This document shows, piece by piece, positions 13,673-27,478 of a stretch of 64,000 nt of DNA; position 1 is the stretch's first letter; each line of letters begins with the position of its first letter. This DNA is from the human T2T-CHM13v2.0 reference genome, Homo sapiens, in assembly GCF_009914755.1 (NCBI RefSeq), contig NC_060932.1; one strand, 5' to 3'. Below the pieces are notes generated by a model, which was not told the DNA's origin, made no database searches, and saw only the letters and a program-made list of their open reading frames with translations. Both the position numbers and the translations under genes were made by a program.

Positions 13673-14082
13673 GCTCCCTGCCCTCAACTCCCTGTCTCCT
13701 GGACCTCAGCTCTTGCCATTGCAAGACAGACATGGATCTAAAAATACCGCAAAGGCTTGGCAATGTATAACATATAATCTCTTGCTCTGGCCCTGAAATC
13801 AATTAGATTTGTATTTTAAACTCCAGAAGTGTGTGTAGACTATAGGCTTTCTCCAAAGTCAATAGAAAATATAAAAATGATTCCATGATCTGCCAACTTC
13901 TGGGCAAACCCAGGTTGGCTATTCTGCCTTACCTTGGGCCTCTCTCTCAACAGCAGGAACCAGTGGCAAATCCCAAATGCCAATGTCAGGGATCACCTGG
14001 CTTTTAGATGATGTGTCATATTGTGGGAGGCTATAAAGAATTAACTGAAGAGTCCAGGGCTGACCCCTAACCCTGCCTATAA

Positions 14083-14201
14083 GAGGTGGCAGCCCTATCT
14101 GATGAAAAAAAAAGTTAAAGTCATCATATGAAAACATGTATGATGCATGAGGCGCTGCCTGAAAAACGATGTAGTGTCAAGCAGACCTGAGATTGCCACC
14201 A
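14083..14201. repeat. Copy 1 of a ~120 bp direct repeat (copy 2 at 14763-14885)
   Basis: gaggtgg.agccctatctgatg...catcatatgaaaacat...ggcgctg.ctgaaaaacgatgtag...caagcagacctgagattgcca.ca shared by both copies. Confidence 0.95.
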
Positions 14202-14479
14202 AGCGTCTCCCCAGCCTTAACGTATCACTAAGGCACCCAGTGACAGGCACATGATTGTACCAGAGACAGAGCATTCCAGTCCAGAAAAGGCCAAAGAATT
14301 CATGAGGATTCTAGAAGGGGGTAACATTTAGGAAGGCATCAGGGCATGCGTCAGCAGGTAACAACAGAAATGAGGACCCGGACTGAGGCCGATGGTGGAT
14401 GGGATGGGAGGGATGGCTGAATCTAGCAGAGTTCGGAAATCAAAGGGTACATCTGTTCAGTAAGATAGATACCAAACTG

Positions 14480-14760
14480 CAAGCTGGGGAAATGACACTT
14501 GAGCTGAAGTCTGAAGGCTTGACATGAGTTAAAGATGGAAAGAAGTACAAGAGGAAAGTCTTTAAGGGAGAGAAACTACAAGCTCAGAAGCCCTGCATTG
14601 TGTAGGCCATGGTACATGCAAGGGACTGAAGGAAGGCCAGTGAGGCTAAGCAAGAGCCAGGGATGGAGGAGGCTGGAGAGTCAAGTGCTGGACCCTGGAA
14701 AGATGTCTGCTTCATCCTAAGCCAATGGGAAGCCACTTGAGGCTTCAAGCAAGGGTCACA
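14480..14760 (-). mobile_element. L2 fragment
   Basis: gacacttgagctgaagtctgaagg...gggactgaaggaaggccagtgaggct...caatgggaagccacttgaggcttcaagcaag. Confidence 0.7.
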
Positions 14761-14762
14761 AT

Positions 14763-14885
14763 GAGGTGGAAGCCCTATCTGATGGAAGAAAATAATAATG
14801 AAAGCCATCATATGAAAACATCTACAATGCATGGGGCGCTGTCTGAAAAACGATGTAGAGCCAAGCAGACCTGAGATTGCCATCA
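14763..14885. repeat. Copy 2 of the ~120 bp direct repeat
   Basis: Roughly 85% identical to 14083-14201. Confidence 0.95.
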
Positions 14886-14925
14886 TGCAATCAGAGCTGC
14901 TGACTCTCCAGCCTCCCCTATCCCA

Positions 14926-15186
14926 TTCTCTGCTGGAAGCAGTTCAGCATAGAGGTTGCGCTATGTCTAGGAAGACCTGGGGTCCACCCAAGGCCCAGCA
15001 TCTCAGAACAGATTCTCCACATCTAAAGGTACCTTAGAAATAATCTCACCAAACCTCTCATCCTTGGAAAATAATAATTTGAGAAAGGCCTTGATAAGTT
15101 GATAATATTGGCTGGATATTTACTTAGGATCTTTGCAGATCACCATACAGGACTGAAGTACAGGGACATATTTAAACTCACAGATT
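14926..15186 (-). repeat. Right arm of the inverted duplication
   Basis: Reverse complement matches 13419-13672. Confidence 0.95.
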
Positions 15187-15927
15187 CACTCTATGTTGTG
15201 AAATGAGACCAAAATTTGCCTTTCAAGATAATAAATCAACAAATGCATATTGACTGTTGAAATATGCATAAACAGGGTAAGCAATAAAAACGTGGGGAGA
15301 AGTGGATACTGAGTTGATTCGCGTGGCTATCTCCATGAGATTGGATTGCAGGAGGATTTTAATTTTCCTGTGATACATTTCTGTATCTTACAGATATTTT
15401 ACATCAGTACATTTTGCATTTTCTGAGAAGAAAATAAAGTGTGTTTTGTTTTCCTTTTTAAAAGCAAAATCTCTGCAGATGATGCCTTCTCAGACAATAG
15501 GAATAAATTGCAAAGGAAATTGCCCTAATGTGACCCAGACTGGAACTGGGCGTGCTTTAAACATAAATAGAAAGGCCTTTGATGATGTCATTTTAAAAGT
15601 GTCCTTGACATTCTTGAAGGTTTTAGTGGGCCCCAAGATAAGAAAAAAATAGGATCGTGTCGCTGAAAGGGACCTTACAGTTCAAACAATCCAACTCGCA
15701 TATTTTACCACGGCAGGAAACGAAGCCCTGAGAAATAGATACTTCAAAAGGAAATTCACTCAACAATCAATAGCATTTCTAAGCACCAATAGTAACTAAT
15801 TAGACATTTACATTCTAAGAAGGCTTCAGTCATTAATAGCAACAAAACCTAGGCTAAGAGTAAATCTAACCAAATACATGCAAGTTCATCACAAAGAAAA
15901 TAAGAAAACTATTTAAATTATAAAATA

Positions 15928-16348
<421 letters not shown>

Positions 16349-16944
16349 GATCAAGAATAGGAAGATTTATCATCAGGACCTGCAAAATTGTCTAACATAT
16401 ATAGTAGGTGCTCCCTATATCTTAGATTGAATCCATTGGAAAATATGTCAGTTCCTCCCACACATTAAACATACAGTCATTGCCTTTCCAATAGTAATCC
16501 CCACAAGTTTAGTTAGGTTGGTTGTTCTTCTAAAATCAATTTTATTAAGATTTAACTTACATTAAATCAAATGTACCCATTTTCAAGTGTGCAGTATGAT
16601 GAGTTTTGACAAACATCTAGATCAGGTGTAACCATCACCCCAACCAAGACTTCCATTACCCCTGAAAAGCCCTGCAGGGCTTTTTAGGAACTTGGCAAAA
16701 CTGGTCTTAAAATACACACGGTAGAGCAAAAAGTTAAGAATAGCTCAGACAATTTTGAGGAACAAGTCGGAGGATTTTATCTAACAGATATAAAGATTAA
16801 TTTTAAGCCATAATAACTGAGATATAAACAAATAGTCCAAAGACACAGTTTTGCATTCCAGAAATAGACACACTCAGATATAAGCACTATATATACACCA
16901 AACCAGATCTACCAAACATGGCATTTCAAGTCAGTGATGCTGGA

Positions 16945-17070
16945 ACACAGCCATGTCAATGCATTTACAGATTGTCCGTGTCTGCTTCCATGCTGCAACA
17001 GCGGACTTCAGCAGAGACCACATGGCCTGCAAAGCCTCGAGTGTTTACTATCTGACCCTTTCCTGAAAGC
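16945..17070. mobile_element. MER58-like hAT MITE fragment
   Basis: cagagaccacatggcctgcaaagcctcgagtgtttactatctgacccttt. Confidence 0.75.
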
Positions 17071-17619
17071 ACTGCTCTGCTCAAGACATTTGCTGAATTC
17101 TGAAGCTGTATGACCTGGAGAGCTAAAATGCTAAATTATTTGCATTCTACTTCCCCATAAACAGAGAAACTTAAAATTCTCTGTTTTAAGTGGTGGGGGT
17201 GTGCCCCACCCGCCACCCCCCCACCCCGTGTTTTGCAGTATTGTGTTTAGGAATTTCAGTTCTACATTTATATGAAACTTTGGCTGTTCATTCTATCCTG
17301 CATTTCCATATTGTAATCTTGGATCATTTTCTTCTGCCCAAAGAGCACCCTTTGGTGTTTAGTGCAGGTATACCGATATTAAGTTAGCTCTTGATTTTAC
17401 CTGAGGTATTTTTATTTTGCTTTCATCTTTGAAGTTACTTTTGCTGGACTTGGAATTATAGGACAGTATGTGTTTCCTTTTAGCATTTTAATGGTTACTG
17501 CACACATCCTTGACTTACTACAAATCTAGTACAAACTATTCCTTTTCCCAGTTCCCTCATAGAGCTAGGACCTTGGGATACTCAAATTGTGATTATTACA
17601 TTCATGATTTTCTGTCATT

Positions 17620-18908
17620 TTAGACTACAATAGATCAAGGATCCACATTCTAATCACTGGGTAACCACTAAAGAATAGTAACAAATATATAACAACTTAA
17701 TAGAGGGATAAAGGGAATAATCTAAAGGATAGTTAACCTAAAGAAAGGCCAAGAGAAGAAGAGAAATAGGAATATACAATAAATAGATGAATCAAATAGA
17801 AAGCAAATACTAAGAAGATTGATTGAACTTCAAGTATATTCATGCTTAGTTTAATTGCAAATGTATTAAATATTTCAATTAAAACCCTGAGATCATCAGA
17901 TTAGATATAAAAGCAATTTGAACAACATTTTATGCTTACAAGAGTCATATAATTATTATAAAGATACAGAAATATACAAAATACAAGGATAGAACATGCG
18001 TACCATGTCCATATTAACCAAAAGAAAACTGGTTTAGCTACATGTACTACTTATCAGGTGGAGTTTAAGGCAAAATAACACTGCTAAAGAAAAGGAACAT
18101 TTACATAATGAAAAAGGGGTCAAATTATCAGGAAGAAATAAGAATTCTGAATCTGTATATAGCTTCAAGACAGACACAGCAAAACTGACAGAGCCAAAAG
18201 AAGAAATAAAGAAATTCACAATGATAGGAACATTTCGCACTTCTCACAGCAGCAGATAGATCAAACGGGAAAAATATACATAAAGAAAACCAAAACAAAA
18301 TGACAAACTTAAATTAATTGACACATTGAACACTGCGCCCAGCATGGACCATATTATTGGCCAAGTGTACATGAACATGTCTCCAAATTGACCATATAAT
18401 GGGTTGCAAAGTCAACCTCAGTAAAGTTCAAGGAATTATAACTATTCACATTGTATTCTCAGATCACAGTAAAATTAAGATAGAAATACTTAGAGAATTT
18501 TAAAATCACCAACTACTTGTGAATTAAGCAATACACTTTTAAATAATCTATGAGTCACAGAAAAAACCATCACAGCAAATAGAAACTTTTTGAACTGAAC
18601 ATTAAAGATAAGAGGTTTTGCATAACAAAATTTTTGCAGTGCAACTAAAGCAGTCCCTAGAGAGTAATATATTGCTTCAAATGCATACATTAGAAAGGGA
18701 GAAAACTTAAAAAAAATTTATCTAATTCTTCTCAAAAAAAAAAAAAAAAAGAAAAGCTAGAAAAATGGAAAACAAAAGGAAGCATAGGCCAGGCATGGTA
18801 ACTAATGCCTGTAATCCCAGCACTTTGGGAGGCTGAGATGGGCGGATGACTTGAGGTCAGGAGTTCAAGACCAGCCTGGCCAATATGGTGAAACCCTGTC
18901 TCTACTAA

Positions 18909-18956
<48 letters not shown>

Positions 18957-19345
18957 ACAAGTAAAGCAATATGAGGCTCAGAGACCATGTTCACAAGTGT
19001 GCAGTCCCAGCTACTCAGGAGGCTGAGGCAGGAGAATCACTTGAACCCAGAAGGCAGAGGTTGCAGTGAGCTAAAATCGCATAACAGCACTCCAGCCTGG
19101 GAGGCAGAGTGAGACTCCATCTCAAAAAAAAAAAAAAGGAAGCATAGAAGAGGAAATGAAAAAATAAAGAACCAAAATCAATGAAAAAGGAAAAATTGTA
19201 CAACAGTGGAAAATCAAAGCCAAAAGTTATTCTTTGGAAATATTAATAAAATGAGCAATTTTCTAGCAGTTCCAATCAGAGAAAGTAAGAGCATGAGCAT
19301 GAATTACAACATCAAGAACCAAAAGGGAGGCAATAAGTACAGGTC
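17620..19345 (+). mobile_element. Old L1M ORF2 5' (endonuclease) region, interrupted by an Alu
   Basis: ggaacatttacataatgaaaaaggggtcaaattatcaggaag, ccaaattgaccatataatggg, tattctcagatcacagtaaaattaag, gcaactaaagcagtccctagagag motifs. Confidence 0.8.
18787..19133 (+). mobile_element. AluS with expanded A/(TA)n linker and a foreign 44 bp insert
   Basis: Alu arms intact on either side; TSD aaaaggaagcata. Confidence 0.95.
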
Positions 19346-19453
19346 CTCACATACCATTGATAGTGGTATGAACTGGTCCATTAAAGGGCAATTTTGTCAT
19401 ATAGATGAAATGTGAAGATCCTGTAATTCCATGTGGAATTACATTGCTTGAGG

Positions 19454-19626
19454 TAATGGTTCTGAAACCTGAATGCACGTTAGAATTGCCAGGCAAGCTA
19501 GAAATTAAACCAGACCAAACCAAACAAAAAACAGATTAATGAAATTAGATTGTCCAGGTGTGGTGCCTGCAGGTATGTTCATTTTTAAATTCTTCCTTAG
19601 TGTACAGCTACTGTTGAGAAACACTG
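19454..19626. mobile_element. MER5A-like hAT MITE
   Basis: aatggttctgaaacctgaatgcacgttagaattgcc...gttgagaaacactg. Confidence 0.7.
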
Positions 19627-19899
19627 CATGGTGGAAACACTTACAAATGTTTATAAGGAGACAAGAATATTCTTTGTACCAACTGTAAGAGAAAAAAATG
19701 AAAATGATGTAAATATCTACCAACAAAACATTCAACATTGGAATGCTATACAATGTTTTAAAATGCATGAAATATGCCTTAAAGCATGGACATGGTTGAA
19801 TCTCACATAGAATGAACAGTTTGCATTAAGAAAATTATAGTATAATATCAATTTTATAGAGTTTGCAAAGATGTAAAAATCTACCACATATTTACAGTC

Positions 19900-20110
19900 A
19901 GTGGAGCATAGTAGTTAAGAACTCAGGATCAATTTCAGATATCAGCTTCCCCGCCAACAAGTGAGACGTTGGTGATTATGTAATTTCTGTGTACCTCATC
20001 TTCTCCCTCTACCCAATAAGGATTCTATCACTTACCTCAAACAGTTGCAGGGATTGAATGAGCTGATCAATATTTGTGAAGTGTCCAGCACATCTCAAGG
20101 GATTCATGGT
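19900..20110 (+). mobile_element. MIR
   Basis: agcatagtagttaagaactcagg...ctgtgtacctcatcttctcc...gttgcagggattgaatgag. Confidence 0.65.
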
Positions 20111-20679
20111 TATCTGTTGTTACTGTTGTTACAATGCAGGCTTCAACTCTATCTACAACGTTTCATTTCTTTAAACTCCTTTGTAGCTAATATGGCAAGA
20201 TGTTCCAGTTTAAGAGAACTCGCTGGTGAGTATACATCTGTTTCTTAATGTTGCTTTCTGTTCTTTCCTGCACCTTTAAAATATTTCACAAGTAAAGCAA
20301 TATGAGGCTCAGAGACCATGTTCACAAGTCAGGTCCCCTATGTGGACTCATTGCTCAAGTTCCCTCCCTGTTGATTGGCCAAGATAATTGTCAACACTAA
20401 GAGTTCTGAATCTACATAAAACAGTGTCCTAAATTCCAAAAGTCATCTTGCCCCAAATATCCTGCCCCTAATTTATCAAATTTGATAGTGAGAAATTAAA
20501 CTCATAATGTGTGTTGGAATCATTTCTATTCCAACCACTGAAACATTGGCCTGCCAAAGTCATCATTTCAAAAGTCCTTTGTGAGTCTATAATTACTTTC
20601 TTGTTGTGCTGGGTTATGTTTTTACTTTGCTCACTTCTCCTTTGTTGACTTATGACTTAGAAAGCTAAATGGTAAAAAA

Positions 20680-21070
20680 TCAACAACAAGAGACATTCCA
20701 TTGGCTTTCCACCCCACTCAGAATAAAATGCAGAACCAAACTCCTCAATGCCGTGTGTAATAGCTCACTTCCAAATGCACTGCTTACCATGTACTTTACC
20801 ACCTGCCCCTTGTCTCCCTTTCTCTGGCCGCACTCACCACAGTTGTTTTGTTTGTTCCTTTTCAGACCTGCCAAGCCTCCCTTCATCTCAGAGTCCTGGT
20901 GCTTGCTCCGCCAGGCGTCTGTCTTTTGCAAATCACTCGATGATGATTCCCTCCCTGCCTCCAGGTCTCTACTTAGAAAGAGATCCTCCCTGACCAACTT
21001 GTCTAAAATAAGTCATTTGCACCATTACTCTCTACCAGTCCTGGTGTACTTTTCCTCACAGCTCTTACCC
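20680..21070 (+). mobile_element. L2 fragment
   Basis: ttccattggctttccaccccactcagaataaaatgcagaaccaaactcctc...cctccctgaccaacttgtctaaaataag. Confidence 0.7.
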
Positions 21071-21671
21071 AGGTCAGCCCCCAACAGGCACTAGACCCAG
21101 AGCAAGGCTGCAAAGGAGGACCCCTGTGTCTAAGTATTTACAAATTACAAGTCAAGTTACAAGTTACTTGCCCAAGTTGTTAGTAAGATGTTTTCTATTC
21201 TCCTACACTGACAAATATGCAGTCATAGCCACCTACCAAGCTCCATTTGAATTTAGAATTTTCAGGTTCCTCGGCTGCCTATCAGAAAGCAGGGAGAGTG
21301 GGTCTCTGGGCCCTGCACTCTGTCTCACCCCGCTCTTTTCCACCACAGCCCCCTTCCTCTCCAGGAGTGGCTTCACACATGGTTGACCTGGCTCACCTGT
21401 CCAGAGGGTCCAAGCTCCATGCACCCTCTCCAGCTGGTCAGTACCTCTCAGACAGAGGTGTGTGGCAACCAGGATAAATAGCCCTACCACTGAAATTCAA
21501 CTGCCAAAATCAGATGTCTTTGCTAATACAAATTCACAATGAAGGAGCTCTGATCTTCTTGGTTTGACACAGCCTTCCAAGTTATTGGCCGTTCATCAGA
21601 CACCGCTGCCTAACAAATGGCTCAGTGCCACTCCATACTCAGGGTTGTGGGCAGAGACAACTATCCTAAAG

Positions 21672-22395
<724 letters not shown>

Positions 22396-24039
22396 AAAGT
22401 TTTTGTAAAGAAGTTGAGCACTACAGGCAGATGGGGATAGGCAGGCCTGATACAAACCTGCAGCTCAAAGGCCTGAAGGAGCCAGCTCCAGTCATGCTGT
22501 CATGGCAGACAGTGTCAGGTCCCATGCCCAGTGTGGCAGAGGAGTTCACACTGTGGGCACTGCAGTCATTTGGCTCATGTTTAAATCCTGACTGTCTCTT
22601 ACTAGCTTGATGACTTTGAACAAGTTATGTAACCACCTCCATGTTATGTAACCTCCTCTGCCTGCTCCAGAGGGTGTTTGAGGTGATAGCTTGGGTTAGT
22701 ACAAGTGATTAGAACAGGGCCCAGCAGTTATTAAATCTCTGAGAGGTGTCAGGTAGCAGCAGTGGTAGTAGCCGTGAAAAAACTCACTCTTCCCTGCCAC
22801 TGAATCCTGGTGGCTTATAATAAAATGAGGGACTAATTTACAAATTAAATATCTCCTCAGAAATAAGTTCTGAATTGTAGACTTTATATTTCTTAACATT
22901 TCAGAGAAAGAAAAGGAGAGTAGGTACTGGAGTCAGAAAAGCTTCTCGGGGAGGTGGGACCAAGAGGAGTTCCGCATATGAGACCCTTTGACTGGAGAAG
23001 AGCTTCCAAAGCTGTCCCTGCCAGGGCTGTTTCATAGGAGTGAGGGTTTTGTCCAAAGGGCAATATTTTGAAGGACACAATGCATCGGGGTTTTGGAGCA
23101 GAAATTTGAAGACCAGTCATATCCTATTATAGTTGTAATTTACGATACACTTTCTCCCTGGAGTGGCACACGGCAGGTCTTCTCAGTCATTCTATTTCCT
23201 GTCCCTTGACAAGATGTTCTTTCACTGTAAGACAGTTCCGTCTTTCAAGTGGTCATTTGTGCTCTTGCAAGTGAGCTTGATAGAAACCCTGCCTGGAATG
23301 TTAACTAAAGTTTGTCCATAGAGCAACTCAGCTTTCTTGTCTAATTGCAGTTTTCTAGCACTATGCAGATGGGAAATGGTCTCCGCACAGACACCATATT
23401 GATTTCAGTCCATCCCTGAAGCCTTGCCTACCTCATGCCCACATTACGTTTTCCAGTAATTAAGCCCTGGTGTCTCTGGAGTCAAGCTGGATTCAGGAGG
23501 ATCTCTCTGCTCCTCGACTTCCCCTCCCCTCATTTCCTGAAGGTTGACCTAAAGGGCAAACCCAGGACTTACGTTTGGAAAAAGGCTGTTTTAAGAACAT
23601 GGTGAATTTACTCTCTCAAAATTGAACCTGGGACTAAGGTTGGTTTGCAAGAAATCGAGTGTTCAATTATAATATACTAATAATGTATATTATTAGTATA
23701 TAATATGATACATTATGGATTAGACATAATATGATACATCTTATATATATTACCCTATTACTGCAACATGTAGCTTTTGCTTTAAAAGCGTTCAGCATGA
23801 TTCAACAGCTCTCTCCCAACTGATAATCATTTCCATTTGAAAGTGCTTCAGATCCTCAAAGGAAATTCCCTCCCTCTCTTCTCATCCCCTACTCCATGTT
23901 CTGGTCTTCTGTACTTGGTCTGCCTGGTAAATGCTGGTGATTACCTTGCTTTTGTTCTTTGTCAGCATTTTTTCTCATCCTCGCACTCTCCAGGGCTTAA
24001 TCATGGTGCCTATCTATAGTTTCAAGAGTACCTCTCAGC

Positions 24040-24251
24040 CAGTGCTTCTTAACTCCAGCACTACTGACACTTGGGGCTGAATAAGTCTTTCTTGTGGAGG
24101 CAGTGCCTTGTGCATTGTAGGATGTTTAGCCACATTCCTGGCCTCTACATTCTAGATGCCAGTCGTGTACTAGCCCCCAACAGTTGTGACAACCCCAAAT
24201 GTCTCCAGACATTATCAAACGTCCTCTAAGGGGCAAACTTCAGCACCACTG
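24040..24251. mobile_element. MER20 hAT-Charlie MITE, within an L2 remnant
   Basis: cagtgcttcttaac...tgtgcattgtaggatgtttagc...cagttgtgacaaccccaaatgtctccagacatt...accactg. Confidence 0.9.
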
Positions 24252-24644
24252 ATCAAAAATGATGTTCTTCCAGTCTGCACTTGCAGCTCTGAAATGAAGA
24301 AGCTATAATTGGCCACTCCCTATTCATCTCCACATGGAGCTTCCATACGTCCTCCTGCACCTGGTCTGGACCCTAACATCCTCTTCCTGACACTTTTCCT
24401 CTTTCTGAACCACTGGCCTCATCGCCCCCCGATCCTTCCTTCTTCTTACTGGCTGTTCGGCCTGCTTCAGCATTTCCTGTGTGCAGCCTTCCCTCTTCAT
24501 TTCTACCACTATTGTTCTGGGCTAGGGCCTCACCTCCTCTTGTCTCAATTACAGACTCCCGTCTTCTCTCTGTCTGCCCTGGGCAGGAGCTTCAACTCCA
24601 GCTTCCACAGGGCAGCTGGCTTGGTCTATTGAAAATGCAGATCA

Positions 24645-24975
<331 letters not shown>

Positions 24976-25107
24976 TCATATCAGATCACCTATCACCCCA
25001 CAATTTCAAAAGGCATCAGTAGCTCACTCTCTCCTGTGCCATAAAGTCAAAGCTCTGAAGCTTGGACCTCAAAGCTGTCACCTGCCTTTCTTTGCAGGGT
25101 CCCTTAC

Positions 25108-25476
25108 GGATATAGCTAGGCTTTGTGTCTTCAGTCAAATCTCATCTTGAATTATAATCCCTATAATCCCTGTGTTTCAAGGGAGAGACCAGGTGGAGGT
25201 AATTGAATCATGGGAGCAGTTTCCCCCATGCTGTTTTCATGAGAGTGAGTGAGTTCTCATGGGATCTGATGGTTTTACAAGCTGCTCTTCCCCCTTCACT
25301 CAGCACTTCTTCCTGCTGCCTTGTGAAGAAGGTGCCTTGCTTCTCCTTCATTTCCACCACGATTGTAAGTTTCCTGAGGCCTGCCCAGCCATGCTGAACT
25401 ATGAGGCAATTAAACCTCTTTCCTTTATAAATTACCCAGTCTCAGGCAGTTCTTTATAGCAGTGTGAAAACGGACT
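25108..25476 (+). mobile_element. THE1D-like MaLR solo LTR
   Basis: caaatctcatcttgaattataatcc...gagaccaggtggaggtaattgaatcatggg...gattgtaagtttcctgaggcc...aattacccagtctcaggcagttctttatagcag. Confidence 0.9.
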
Positions 25477-25532
25477 TGCCAATTCTTCAGCTCTATTAAA
25501 ACCAAGATGTTTGCAGTTCACCTGTAAGCCAG

Positions 25533-26186
25533 TGACAACTGAAATGAGTGACTGAGGCCTCCGCCAGCTCTAGGATGCATCTCACAAAAATATCAGCCAC
25601 AGACACATCTGTGGCTGTTTTTCTGAAGAGTTTTTCAGGAGGTTTGGTATTTATACATTTCCTTTAAGGGAGAGAAGACATTTAGGAAGAAGAGCTGGTA
25701 GGCAGTTAGGCAAATGGTAACAATCCTCTGAGACTTCAGTTAGTGCCCAGTAAATCTACATTTTATATAAGATAAGGTGAAGATAAGGACACTGTTTAAA
25801 AAGAGAAAGGGAATAAAGTAAGAGTCAATTATGCAGACGTCTCTGAGTAGGTGGAAGAAGAAGTCTTGTCTTTGGTCTGTAACCTGGGAAGATAAGCTTG
25901 TAATGGATATTATCAGGGTGGAATCCAGTAGACTTGAGTTTTAGGAACTAGTGTAGATTGTAAACCTAAAGCTACAATTGGCATGTCCTTATGTATGGGA
26001 GACCTGAAAAGAATTTACTTAGGAATGATCTGCAAGGCCTCTTACCTTTCCAAGGGGATCCAGCTGGTGAATGATGTTATAATAGCTCCCTTTGAAAGAA
26101 AGTGTGGCAGTGACTCAGTCTCTGGACTTAACCTTCCCTTTCACATAAGAAGTTTGGGGGTCCTGATAGTTTTACTTTCCTTTACA
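25533..26186 (-). mobile_element. MER4-family ERV1 solo LTR
   Basis: Reverse complement starts tgtaaaggaaagtaaaactatcaggacccccaaac...gggaaggttaag...ctgagtca; flanks CCAG/CCAA. Confidence 0.8.
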
Positions 26187-26734
26187 CCAAGGTTTTAGCT
26201 CACAGGCTTTAGTTCTTGACCTTTCCTCTGCTGGGAATATCCTTTCCTCCCTTCAATATCCAGCTTGCTCCTAGACCTTTCCCAAGTCAGCAGAAAACCT
26301 CTGTCTCAGGAAGCCTTGCCCCAGCCCTCAGCCAGATCTCTCTCTTTTCTCTAGGTTCCCGTGGCATCTTGTAAGCAACTCCAGCTGACACTCGCCACAG
26401 TGCCACCTTCCTCACGAGACTGTGACTTTGCTCTTCTCAGTATGCCCAGCAGCCAAGCAGTGCCTGGCTCCTGTGAGACCTCTCTGCCACACCCATCTTC
26501 AACCTCTGCCTAATTATTTCTCATCTTCTCAGACTCAGTTTGGGTATCTTCTGCTTTCAGAATCCCTTCTGATCCCAATTCCTCCCTCCCTACTCTGTGG
26601 CTGGGTGATCTTCCTCTCTGCCTTCCAAAACACCCTCTCTGAAGAGCTGACATGAAGTCCACCACATGTCTACACAATTGCCTTTTCCTTCTGTCTCCAC
26701 AATGACACTTAGGCTCCAGAAAGTCTTAGTCCAT

Positions 26735-27478
26735 CATGGATAGAATTCTGTCCCCCCAGAAGACATATTGAAGTGCTAACCCCCAGTGTTGTGAATGTGA
26801 CTTGACTTGGAATTAGGGTTTCTGAAGATATAATCAGGTAAAAATGAAGTCGTTGGGATGGATCTTAATCCAACATGACTCATATCCTTATAGACAGAAG
26901 AAAAGAGATACAGAAACAGGGAGAATGTCATGTGGTGACAGAGGCAGAGACCAGAGTGATGCAGTTACAAGCCAAGGAATGCCAAGTATTGCCAGCACCC
27001 ACCAGGAGCCAGAAGAGAGGATTGGAACCCTTTCCTGCAGAGCCCTCCGGAAGAAACCAACTTGCTGACACCTAGGTTTTGAACTTCTAGCCTCCAGAAC
27101 TATAAGATAATAAATTTGTGGCTGGGCGCGGTGGCTCACACCTGTAATCGCAGCACATTGGGTGGCCGAGGCAGGAGGGTGACCTGAGTTTGGGAGTTCA
27201 AGACCAGCCTGACCAACAGGGTGAAACCCCACCTCTACTAAAAATACAAAATTAGCTGGGTGTGGTTGCGCATGCCTGTAATCCCAGCTACTCAGGAGGC
27301 TGAGGCAGGAGAATCGCTTGAACCCGGGAGGCAGAGGTGGCGGTGAGCTGAGATCACACCATGGCACTCTAGCCTGGCAACAAGAGCAAAACTTCATCTC
27401 AAATAATAATAATAAATTTCTACTGTTTTAAGCCACCCAGTTGTTGTACTTTGCTATGCAGCTGTAGGAGACTACGCA
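26735..27478 (+). mobile_element. MLT1C-like LTR, interrupted by an Alu
   Basis: gaattctgtccccccagaagacatattgaagtgctaacccccag...caagccaaggaatgcc...cctccagaactataag...tgttttaagccacccagtt. Confidence 0.88.
27120..27407 (+). mobile_element. AluSp/Sq-like
   Basis: cagcctgaccaac and caagagcaaaact variants; TSD ataataaattt. Confidence 0.93.

Noticed and set aside
14088-14160. Hammerhead-ribozyme-like layout (stem-CUGAUGA...GAAA-stem) in repeat copy 1
   Set aside because: Stem II cannot form, there is no correctly placed NUH cleavage triplet, and copy 2 has CUGAUGG.
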